Shown here piece by piece: positions 38,889 to 50,411 of a stretch of DNA of 64,000 bases (the stretch's first letter is position 1; every line of letters begins with the position of its first letter). The stretch is taken from positions 14,632,001-14,696,000 of the forward strand of contig NC_088858.1 of the NCBI RefSeq assembly GCF_963853765.1. Reading direction: 5' to 3'. Below the pieces are notes generated by a model that saw only the letters and a list, made by a program, of their open reading frames with translations, was not told the origin of the DNA and did no database searches. Made by a program: the position numbers and the translations under genes. The DNA is from Magallana gigas (Eukaryota).

Positions 38889-41800
38889 TCACTGCATGAG
38901 CAGGGCACCTGAGGCATAGCTAACTGAGGAGTCACTCATTTTCTTACAGCGGCTTGACTGGGCATAGTTCATGAATTTAAATGACATTCTGCGTCCATTA
39001 CCGTTTCTTCGAAGAGCGTCTATTGCCTAAAAAAAACCCAACAAAATGATAATTATTTAACACAGCCTACTTTTCAGCTGTTCATATCTAAAATGTGGGA
39101 CCTTTCTTGAATGGTAATTCATGTCAACAGAACTTACACTTAAGAGAACACCTATTGGGTATCTGCCACATATAGTGTTTTCATACTCCTTTAAGTAGTG
39201 AGAAAATTTAGCTGGGTCCATTTGTTCTATTGCATCCATTCCCTGAAAAATAAAACCAAACATCTTTTTTAGACACTTTTGTTTAAAAATTTTTGAAAAT
39301 TCTATAAAAAGAGTGCTTATTCCTTATTACACAGTTTTTTATACTTGGATTTTGAACTAAATTTTTGTATTAATATGGATCAAAATTCACATTCCCAAGA
39401 GAAACACTGTAGTTCAAATAGAAAATAATGTAAAATAAATTAACAGAAGCATAAAGAACAGTTCTCAAAAAACAGCAGGCTCTACACACTGTCACATATA
39501 TCAAAATGATACAGAGCACTGCCTGGTGCATTATTTTACTTTAGTTTATGTTAATTGATCATCTCTGACCATCTTACCATTTTATCTAAGGCCTCGATGG
39601 ATTGCCAGATGTCTCCACATGACTTATCGTAGAATGTGTAACGGAATCGCTGTCCCCAGTGACAGAAGTCGGAGGAGATCACAAAGAAGTTTTCTGGGTC
39701 GGCTAGATACTGGCTAAATATAGATCCATACAGCTTCTCCTTGTCCGCGGACAGAGATCCGACCAGTACAGGGATAATGGTAAACTGTCCACGTCGTCTG
39801 CAATTACGGTTACAAATCGGATCATGTCATATCAATGTAAATGTACAGTTAAACACGGTTAAAGTGAACACGCTTACAATAAATTCTTAAATTATTGGAT
39901 GATAGTGCAAGGCGCCAAGTACTGTACTGTTCACAGAGGGTTAAAAGAAATTCTATTGCATAGAAAGAGTATGAAAAAATATTTATATTAATTCTTTACA
40001 TTTTTGCTTTGTTCCTCACCTCTCCATGACTTTAGCAATGTAAGGTAAATGCATCTCTATACTGTGTTCATCTTCATCTGTACTCATTTTCATTTTTTCA
40101 AAGGCTTTTGTGGCAAATAATTCTTCATTTACTAAAAGGAATTGATCATATATATATGAATCTAAAAGCATATACAGTAAAACTCGTTAGTACGAACACG
40201 GATATAGCGAATTCTTGGTTATAGCGAAGTTTTTTTGAGTCCCTGGTAAATTTCTTTACAAATCTTTGCAAAATTTTGCGGTTATAACAAATTCTGATAT
40301 AACGAATTACGGTTATAGCGAACTAATTTTGAGTCTTGTTGAGGTGAATTATAACGAAATTTAACACTTTTATAATGAATTTCTTAACAGTTTAAAATGC
40401 TTGCACTACCCTTTAATATAACATTTTGAGTATTTATTTTCATATAGTTTTTTTCGACTCACAATCCGATTATTAAAGATATCAAAGTAATGTATTTTTA
40501 TTCTAAGCCTCAATTAGCAAAAATTGTAGTCTGGTGAACAGGTCTAGGCAACCTCCGTTTTCGGAGGATAGCTCAATTTCAAGATGGCTGCTGATTTTTA
40601 CCATATATGGAAAGTCACTTTGCATTGTAGGTGAAATTATCCTCCATTTTTGGAGGATAGCATGGGTATATTTCAAAGGCTTCGTGCATATCTTTAATGA
40701 GAAAATGCAAGCACCAGACCATATGGGAATTAAAGTTAAAGGAATAAACTAATGATTGTATGCGGCGATTTGAAATTCTATGTATAGTATTTTCACAATA
40801 TGCTTTGAAAGTGTGTACTTCCTGTGTTCAGTTTTACAAATGACATAGACCATTTACATGTTTCATTTAATAAAAATCACAAAATAGTGATGTTTATTAC
40901 TCATTAAAACATTAATGAGTTCATTCACGTTGAGAGACACACAATAGATATCTTGATCTGCTATATTGTACATGTACAAAGTAAATGTTTGCATATACCT
41001 TAGGAACTTTGTAGCTCTTATTCTAATTAATTCACATGTTATTAAGTATCATTTAAATTTAATCCCTTCACACAAAAAGACATTGTTAAATTTTATTAAT
41101 CAAAATGATACCATTTATAGATATCAATTATCCAGAATATTGAAAAAAATGTGAGAGTCTTCACATAAGATATTTTTCTTTAAATCAGCCCTGCAATTAT
41201 TTAAACTTAAATATTTATTAAATATTATCAATAATTATAATTATCAATAGCTAAATAAGGTGATATTTTTATAGTACATGTATAATAATTATATTTTATT
41301 CATAGTTAACTCCCTTTGTAAAAACAGAGTTAATTGCCCTTCATCTGAAAAGATCCACCAGGGGGCGCATACATCTATCCTCCAAAAACGGAGGATAAAA
41401 TCTATCCTCCAAAAATGGAGGTTGCCTAGACCTGGTGAAAGAAAAATATGTATATACTGAATTCGCAATAGTTATTAGGAATTTGTTATACCGATATAGT
41501 GAATTACGGATATAATGAAGAAAATCCATCGGTCCCTAGGACTTCGCTATAACCGAGTTAAACTGTAACTCTTTCACACCAAATTTTATACCTTGTACTT
41601 GTATAATCAAACAAGGAAGATTTTCAAACTGTAGACATGTCTAATTTTTATTCTATCATTAAGACAACAACTTGTTATAAACTTTGTTTAAAGTTGATAT
41701 AAGCTTTGTTAGAAATTCATTACACTTATAGGTACAGTCCTGATATTTTGTTCATTAGTAACAGTACATGTACTAATGTACTCACTCTTCTGGTCTATTG

Positions 41801-43554
41801 TCAGATCATACAATGGCGTCTGGTAGTGAGAGGTTTCAGTGAGGGCACAACCGGACAGACGAACATGGTGGGAGGGACCAAGAATGAATATTCTCTTACT
41901 GTAGAAAGAAATATCTAAATCTTCAAAATAATCTGGCATGTGGGTTTATGCAACCTAATTAAAATTAGATCTTAGATTTGCTCATGTACGATCGCTACAC
42001 TAAGTTGTATAGCGTATCATAGAGGAGCGGATTTACATGTACAAGTCTACTTTTAATTAGATTGAGGGTCATGCTTTCATGCTTTATGTGTTCATACTCC
42101 AAATAAAATTACCTCAAGTTTATAATTTGAATTTTATTCTAGATCTTCAAGTGCACGTACATTCTACTGTATTTCATGTAAAAAAAAAAACCTATTTCTT
42201 TAATATTTGAAATATGCCATATAAAGAGTAAATTATGAGAGTATTTCAAACTCTATGCCTCTGTGATGAAATACTGATTGGTTCTTGCAGTAGAATACTT
42301 GCATGTTAGATGGATCAATCTGCCTGTAGGCATGGCCTCCACAAGCTCCACAATATACATACCCTGCATGACTGAAATATAGAGATTTACAATCAACAAC
42401 GTGGACTTATCATTTCATAGTTGTCTGAAAGGTTATAATAATCTTTTTGGTTTTTTCTCCGCTACTCTCATACTTAAATGCATGTGCGCATACTGAAATA
42501 TAATTTGTAAGTCTCGATACCTTCATGCTTTCCATTGGATGCAGACCAATAAAAGAGCCATTATTTATTAAAATGACAGCTGCAAACTGTTGTTTTAAGT
42601 TGAAGCAGTTGAGGTAGAAGAATATGACCTCAGTATGTTTATTATAATTCTGCTATGATTTATGAATGTAATTGATGCTCATAATTTATAAAATTTCAGC
42701 TTTATAAATAATCATTATTCTTCTTGATCCAAGAAATAGTTAATGATAAACAAAGATATATATATAAACACACTGCTAAAATTATAGTGAACTCAGACAC
42801 AACTTAGACACTACATATCTAGAAACGCTAGGACACTTTGGTTTTCATTCTTACGGAGCAATTATGGCTCTTGCTGGGGAGTAGGATGGCTGGGCTTTCG
42901 ATAACCACTCATCTAACTGGCTGCTCAACTCCCTTCCTGGAAAAGAAAACAATATCTTAAATGTTTCAATTTCAAAATTAACGCATATGTCTAGACTGCT
43001 GAATATAATATTCAATGATGACTATGGTTCATTAGTATTCATTTGTTTTCTTATAAATAAAAGAATAAATATTAATACATTCTGTATCATCCACATGATA
43101 AATAAACACAGTGCCTTGCACAACTTTTATTATATAACCAATTTCATTATCATTCATCAGTTCATACTGTATCATTAGATAATTAAGAATATTCATAATT
43201 AATTAGATTTATTTGTCATACATCATCAACACAACACTGACCAATTTTTTAAATTATTTCAAAATGTTATTATTGATTACACAAGTACCCCCTCCCCCGC
43301 CCCAACTAAACAAAAACAAACAACTGCAAACCAAAAACAAAGAAAGAAAGCCACACCTTTCAGTTCATTAAAAGCTTCGCCATGTTGACTGAACCATGAC
43401 TCCATAAGTTTGTGTGATATACATCACAGAATACTAAGATACAGTGCCCGTTTCCATGTGATCTTTTCATCTGTTAATATAGAATATATCATATAAACTC
43501 ACCGTCGTTTGTGTACCAGCTCCCTGCGTGTGTTGCCCGCCTAACTTTGGACAT
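38889..43554 (-). CDS. MEMO1: Protein MEMO1, 8 exons, 296 aa
   Basis: Exons 43554-43503, 42936-42855, 42371-42303, 41898-41786, 40131-40020, 39797-39578, 39242-39138 and 39026-38889 sum to 891 nt. Motifs: [74 protein letters not shown]. Confidence 0.97.
40175..41565. mobile_element. Tc1/mariner(pogo)-type MITE interrupted by a nested element
   Basis: TA|CAGTAAAACTCG ... CGAGTTAAACTG|TA ends in MEMO1 intron 4. Confidence 0.7.
40539..41434. mobile_element. Nested DNA element with ~33-bp terminal inverted repeats
   Basis: CAGGTCTAGGCAACCTCCGTTTTCGGAGGATAG ... CTATCCTCCAAAAATGGAGGTTGCCTAGACCTG, flanked by GTGAA on both sides. Confidence 0.75.
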
Positions 43555-45229
43555 AGTTATTCCTATGGCTACTGTACTGTTAATAACTGACCACCCTTCG
43601 GAGAGGCCTTCTTTATAATGGTTAATTCGGAATTCCTGAATTTCCTTTGCTTTGTTTATCAAATCATTTGTATTTCGATCCCGATGTAAATATTTTTAAC
43701 TGCAATGTGCGCAGAGTTATTTTTAGAAATAATTAACGAAATATAATGTCATGTATTAAAATGATGATTTTTAATTACTAAAGTATGATCCTTATAACAC
43801 TCAAGGAAATATTTTTTTTTCCAGATTTCAAAACCATGTAATTTAGATTAATGTATGTGTCAAACTACTATATTTCGCATAAATTTATCCATTACCAAAT
43901 ATTTATAAGCCAAAAAAAAAAAAAGTCCAATATCATATAAATATATAGTGTGCCTTTTATTTCTAATATCATAGTAGAAATATTTTTTCTATTTCTATAT
44001 TATAGTATCGTTATTTTTTTTTATCAAAAGACTTATTATAATAATTCAATTTTCTTATATTTACATATGAAAAAATGAATTATTGCAATAATTAACATGG
44101 AGTGTGCCCCTTCCACTTTTTGGGAGTATGTAAAAAAATCGAATGGAAATATGGAAAGTGGAGTTAAAGCAGAGACCTAAAAGTTATTTTTGTCTCTGGT
44201 TATAGATATACTACGCCACCCACTCCAAGATGTTGGATTTTTTTTTTTTGGTTTGTCATGATTTTTTGGATGAGTCTGCCCCCCCCCCCCCCCCCCCCCA
44301 ATTTCAAAAACGATGCTACGTGGCTGAGAATAAATGCTCAAATCAATGCCAATGTCTGCATGTGTATTGTGTATTTCTCTTTTCTAAATAATCCCCCCCA
44401 GTTATGATTCATTGTAATTGAGAAACTATTGAGTAAGACCGCTGTCATTTAAACCAGTCAATATTTTCTCACTGTCATTTCATATGCATACTAATAAGTA
44501 GCATACCAGTGATTTGTACATTATAAGTAATACTGGAAATATCGTACAATTTCACTAATACATGTGACAATGTACCTGTAATATTGAACATTTTTAGTAC
44601 AGTTCATGTGATAGTGTACATTTTAGCAATACCAATAATACTGTACAATTTTAATAATACCTGTGACCTTGTAGATTTTTAGTGATATCTGTGATATTGT
44701 TCTAAAATAATAACTCAACGAAAATTTGCAGATTCCTGAGAAATGATTGCACACTTACAAAACTGATTAAAGATACTGTTCGAATTGATATGTATATACA
44801 TGTATATGAACATGCCCTTTGAGAACCCATTATTTCCAAGCACACCAAGAAACCCCGAGTATAACAACCACTTCGAAGCATCTAGAGGAATAATCCTATA
44901 AATCGATCGATGTCCCCCTAATTAACCTGAGTCATAAACCATGAGCTGTTTAAATTCTCGACTGCATACCGTGACCTGCTATGACAATACTACCACCTGA
45001 ACTTTAAAATTACATAGCTTGTATGCTAGTAGTGAATGAAAGAGTCATGAAAACGTAAACAGATATTGATTTCGCTTTCGAGGACGTATACTTGAAATTG
45101 TGAATCTCCATGATACTATCTATGCTAACAAGTGAAAACATTACGGATTGAATAACCTGTCAACTGACGGAATATAAGGGACAGCAATGGATAACTTGGA
45201 CCAACTCTATGTGGTGATTTAGTGCCATA

Positions 45230-48200
45230 ATGCCATCAAGAGTAGGGAGGTATGTGGATCGAGAAATGGGACAAATGGTGGTTGGGGGGGGGGGGGGGGC
45301 TTATTAAGTTTTAATTACTGAGGGAAAATGCCTACAGTACTGCAATGTTAAAGAATTATTTCGAAACCAGTTACGTGTGGTATTAAAAGTGTGCTTTGTT
45401 TTATACATTTTTTATTATGTTCATGACTTTATTGACTTTTTATACAGTGCTGCGATAGGCGAGGCTACACAGGGCTCTAAAGAGGTTGCTCCAATCGTCA
45501 AGGAGGGGTACATGTTTAAGAGAGGTGAGTTATCACTGGTTATGGATTGCACTTTTCATAGGGGCACGGATCCATAAGAATCTGAAATCTTGCGTATTTG
45601 AGTAAGCTCGCAGCATAACATTGAAAACACAAATTAGGTAAACGTAGTAAATGACATTCATACACTTAAAAATAGAAGATATAATTTTAATGTCTTTTGT
45701 GAATTAATTCACACACGTGACACCTACTGCGTTTTCATAAGACAGTACACCGCAACTGTCTGTCTTATAGTTTTTAATTTTTTAAACAATTCCCTTTCTT
45801 ATTGACCAATTTGGCACCACTGACATATATACGTGTTCTGCACATACATGTATTTCTAAATAAGAGTTAACATTTGGCATCGCTTTGGAATTGAAGAATG
45901 CAGACAAATAGAATTTAAAATTAACAGCTGATTAATGAATTATAATCAATTACTGTACACATGATGTACATACATGTATCTCCTCTGACTTTTTAGGGGA
46001 GTATATACGTAACTGGCGGGCCCGTTACTACATCCTTAGAGCTGATGGCGTGTTTCATGGCTTCAAGTCAAAAGAGGAGGCTCAGACGTCAGCAGAAATC
46101 CAGAATGACTTCATGTTACAGGGTTAGTACCTTAAGGCTATGAATTCTAAAATGTTACGAGTGGAAACCATTACAATGCATACGAACTGCCTATAAAAGA
46201 TGCCTATGGGTCACAATGCTCACCTGAACAATAATGACTGTTCAATTACACATCAAAAAGCTATACATTTTAATAGTTTTTGTTTTTCTACTTATGAAAT
46301 CAATACAATGCCAAAGTATTCCTTGTGAAAAGTATGCAAACTGGTTCATGTGTACAGCAATATCAAACCTTTAACAATAAAGTTTGTTGTGTCTACATAG
46401 AGGATGTTACCATAGTAACCCACGAAAAGCCCAAGTTAAACACCTTTATTGTACAAGGAATAATTCTCCGTGGTATGCAGGTGGATAGGATATATTACAC
46501 AGAGACAGCAGAGGACCGAGAGGAGTGGATCAGTGCCATACAAACAGTTGTGGATGCTCTTGGGGTATGACTAGTATTTTATGATTGCTTGTTATCTAGC
46601 TTAAGGCTGCCAAAAATTAATTCAACGTTTAACATCACTTCAAAATACCAAACCTATGAGGGAGGGCGATAAAATTAAAACAAACAAAATTTTTCAAACA
46701 AATGATCTTATTCATTTACATTATTATAAATACAATGAGTATAGTAGGTTATCTCTTTTATAGTGATCTTTCCAGATAATCCCCAGAAGTAATTGATTTA
46801 TAGTCCATAATATGCTCTAAACATTTCGAATTTCTAGAACTGGAAAAAATATAATAAAAATAGGGGTTTGGTTTTTTTTTCAAAACTGAATTTCTCCTAA
46901 ATCTACCCGCGTGGGTTACGTTAAATATAGAAATAACTTTGGACAGCCTTATGTGTCTTATTGCTGGCCTTGTCATTCTGACTTGAAGAGGTTCAACATA
47001 TTAACTCACCCAATTGTCAACCAACCCTTCTCTTTTGCCATCTTGCCCTTACCCTAATACATGTGTTTACTAATCCTGAATGAATTGAAAATGCATAATA
47101 AAATTTAAACTCTAGTGAATATATATGTACATAAGGAGTAATAAGATTTTTTTTTTTAAATAAAAAACTTGAAATTACACCCAAACATTAAACAATTATT
47201 AATCCAAATGATAATTGTACTCACTAAAGTTTTCAGTAGGGGTGACTCCACAATGTTCGATATATCAGTATAAAGACACATGATAAAAGCTTACAGTATG
47301 TTAATTGATTTATTTTCTTGGTATATTGATAAATAATACTATCACAAATTTGACACAGAACAGAGTAAAAGCCCTCAAAACACTGCACAAAAAATGTACA
47401 TGTATCACAAGCATTTCCAATTTTCAACACATTTGTACTGTAAGTAATCATTTCAACAATCAATAAATTCAAGTGAACAAAATAACCTGAGGTTATATCA
47501 TTAAAAGTATTCAGCATAGTAATGAAAAATACACAGTATTATTAACAATACAAAACATTACAGGTTGGCAACTGGAGATCTGCTTTCAATGAACTAGGAG
47601 AGAGAGAAGAGAAGATGTATGACATCTCCCTGCTGAACTCCTCCAGTAAAACATTAAATGACCTGCCACCCAAACTAATCGTTCGTCCTCTACAGCTATC
47701 GGACTACGATAAAGGTGCACAAGAAACCAACATTGAAAATGACAATCAGAAATTACAAAACCTGTCTTTTGAGCTGTAGATCAATTTTGAATTTGGGACC
47801 TGAATAAATTCATTATTTGCAGGTTTTCTTGAGCTGTTGTCTCAAAGAAGCAACACAGGAAATATTTCCAAACCAGAGTTTAGAAGTAAGTGACACAGGC
47901 ATTTTTCAATGCATAGCATTTGTGGTTTCCTTTTCCTTTTGACACTTAGTATATAAGCACTATATCTTTGATTCCAAAAGAACAATTATTTATAGTTTTG
48001 TTAGACTAGCTAACTCAAAAGAGATACTAGCATAGAAATTTTCTTTATATGATCTCACAGCATCATTTTCTTATTGTACTAATATATTAAATGAATCTAT
48101 TTATGGATTGAATCTATCTCTTATCACTCTTCTTCATCAAGTCTTCACAAATTCCTTGTTTTAGTATGTATCTTTGTTACTTTTAAAAGGCTTATTTAAA

Positions 48201-49334
48201 AAAATGGCATCTCCTTCAAATACCTACTATGTAACAGTGGTTGAGGATACAGCTATAAACCGAGTCATTTCTACTGCAACACTTGTCACAGAACTCCAGT
48301 TTAACCAAAGAAGTCCAATGGTAAGAGTGAAACAACTAACAAAAAATCCTTAAATAGAAAATTGGACACTCCATTAAATATGCACCCTCGTCGACACATT
48401 TGATGAATTTTCTAAGGATGGAATACTAAATATATTTAAGCACATAATATTATATAAATAGTGCCTGTTTGGGAGGGTAACAGTTGAAATTGACACCCCG
48501 AGAAAACCATTGTCAACCGACGCGAAGCGGAGGTTGACAATGGTTTTCGAGGGGTGTCAATTTCAACTGTTATCCTCCCAAACAGGCACTATTTATTTTG
48601 TTATACTGAATGTCTTTTTTAAAAAATTTAAGAAAATTTTACTGCTTTTATATAGGAATAACGTGAATTCTACAGCGAACCGTACGCGCATAATTTTCGC
48701 GCATGTAACATTTTTTAATGTTACCCGTTGCCAAGTGCGTTGCTAACGCTGAGGGTAATAGTAAATATTATTAACTGCGTCTTAACCAATCAGATTTTAG
48801 TATTTAACATGAAAGTATAACAAACATACATGTTTACCAAAGGCAAGAAATATTATATTTAGTTCATGTAATTGATAGACAATGCCAATTTTATATGACC
48901 TTGACCCTATTTTTTAAGGTTGGGTGGATCAAGGACATTGTTATTGACAACAGCAAGGGGAACCAACCACAGCTAAAAAATGTGTAAGTTAGTTCATGAA
49001 CTCTCATACATGTAATATATACATATCACAGTTATCGATAATTGTTGTTCATATCAATTCCACATCAACAAAGCCATACATGTTTTTCAGAATTGATTTT
49101 CTTTTGAATTTCATTCCCCATCATGAACAATTTTTCCTTTTTTTTTTTCATGAGTGTTTTACAGAAATTTAACCGAAAAAAAAAACAACAAGAAACAAAA
49201 TTGCAGCAATTTGCTCTCAACTTTCTGTAATTCATAGATTGGTGAACACTTTAAAGGATCTTGGAGAAACATGTGGCTGTAGTCGAGTAGAAAGCATTAA
49301 TACATCTTTGGGGACGCAAGATGGAGATATTTAG
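45230..49334 (+). CDS. Akt-type PH domain - GNPNAT1-like GNAT domain fusion protein, 9 exons, 297 aa
   Basis: Exons 45230-45249, 45448-45524, 45997-46122, 46401-46564, 47564-47714, 47823-47885, 48190-48320, 48919-48983 and 49238-49334 sum to 894 nt, all GT-AG with matching phases. N-half: IVKEGYMFKRGEYIRNWRARYYIL...NTFIV...EDREEWISAIQTV (Akt PH). C-half: MYDISLL...LIVRPLQLSDYDKGFLELLSQ...YYVTVVED...VISTATLVTE...GWIKDIVI (GNPNAT1-like). Confidence 0.82.
48454..48823. mobile_element. Crypton-like hairpin element in intron 7 of the PH-GNAT gene
   Basis: 143-bp near-perfect hairpin (48454-48596) with loop GACGCGAAGCGGA, plus a ~230-bp tail with short TTATACT/AGTATAA inverted ends. Confidence 0.55.
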
Positions 49335-50411
49335 TGCAATAGAAATGGAGTTGGAGGGGGGTGTGTGGGTGATAAATTGTGATATTTTATCTAACTTTTT
49401 ATATATTTTTTGTCCAACCATGTATTGTTATCATCATTATTGATGTTGATTGTATAAGTATTAAAGGGTATTTATTTTATACAAGTAGCTATGGGTACTA
49501 GAAAAATTAAAAATGTTTACAATGTATGCAATGATTGACAGTGATTAAACTTTTATGACAGTATGAACGATATTTTGTTGAGCTACAAATACTAGTATAC
49601 ATGTTTACTGTAGTACATTTATCTTTACGATTTCCCTTATACCCAGAGCAAACTGGTTAACAAGCAAGAATGTAAACATTTAAAATAACTGATTTGAAAT
49701 CAGTTAACAGTAGCTGAAGACAAAATCACAAGAATACGATAGAACCGTTCATGTACCAGAAATTGTAACAGTAAGTTATTGCATGCCAAATCCAAATCTA
49801 TTGATTAGACTACTGGGAAACATGTATCTTTTGATCAGGTGATGCCATACTTTTATATACTTTTTACATTCCTATTGTTGAATAAATATTTTGAAAAACC
49901 ATATAGCGTAGATTTTTTTTTCACATACATAATGATCAAATTAAACCTTAAAGTTTCAATGCATAATTAATATTATAGCTACCAGTATTACTATACAGTG
50001 CAGTTCTTTATACAGTAAATACCGATACATCTAATTATAATGAAATCCCCTTGACAAACATTTCTTATTCACTATAAACAAAGCTTCTTATGATCATTTG
50101 CATGTAGTTTTTAAAAATATGTTTAAAGACTTTAAAGAATGAAAGTGACTTTGCTGTAAGCTTTAATTCATTTTGGCAATGCATGTTCATAGTCACCATG
50201 TTTTACTGAATTTTATCAACTGTAGTTACAAAATTTGGCAGAAATACATGAACTAGCTGATATCAATAAGCATGTTTTTCTTTGAAACTTCATCAAGTTC
50301 ATTATTAACAGTTCATTAAACAAATCATTACTGCACACGTCCTCTGATAACATTGCTACATTTACCGGTAATTGACTAGAAACCTGGCTAGGAACTTCTT
50401 TTATCACAGTT

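Noticed and set aside
43554-45230. Functional link between MEMO1 (a PI3K/Akt-associated signalling protein) and the head-to-head PH-GNAT gene
   Set aside because: The 1.7-kb spacer contains repeats, and adjacency alone is not evidence. It would need synteny and co-expression data.
45230-49334. Annotating this locus as AKT/PKB or as canonical GNPNAT1
   Set aside because: No kinase-domain exons were found in the window, and the GNAT half lacks key acetyl-CoA-binding motifs. Neither symbol fits.
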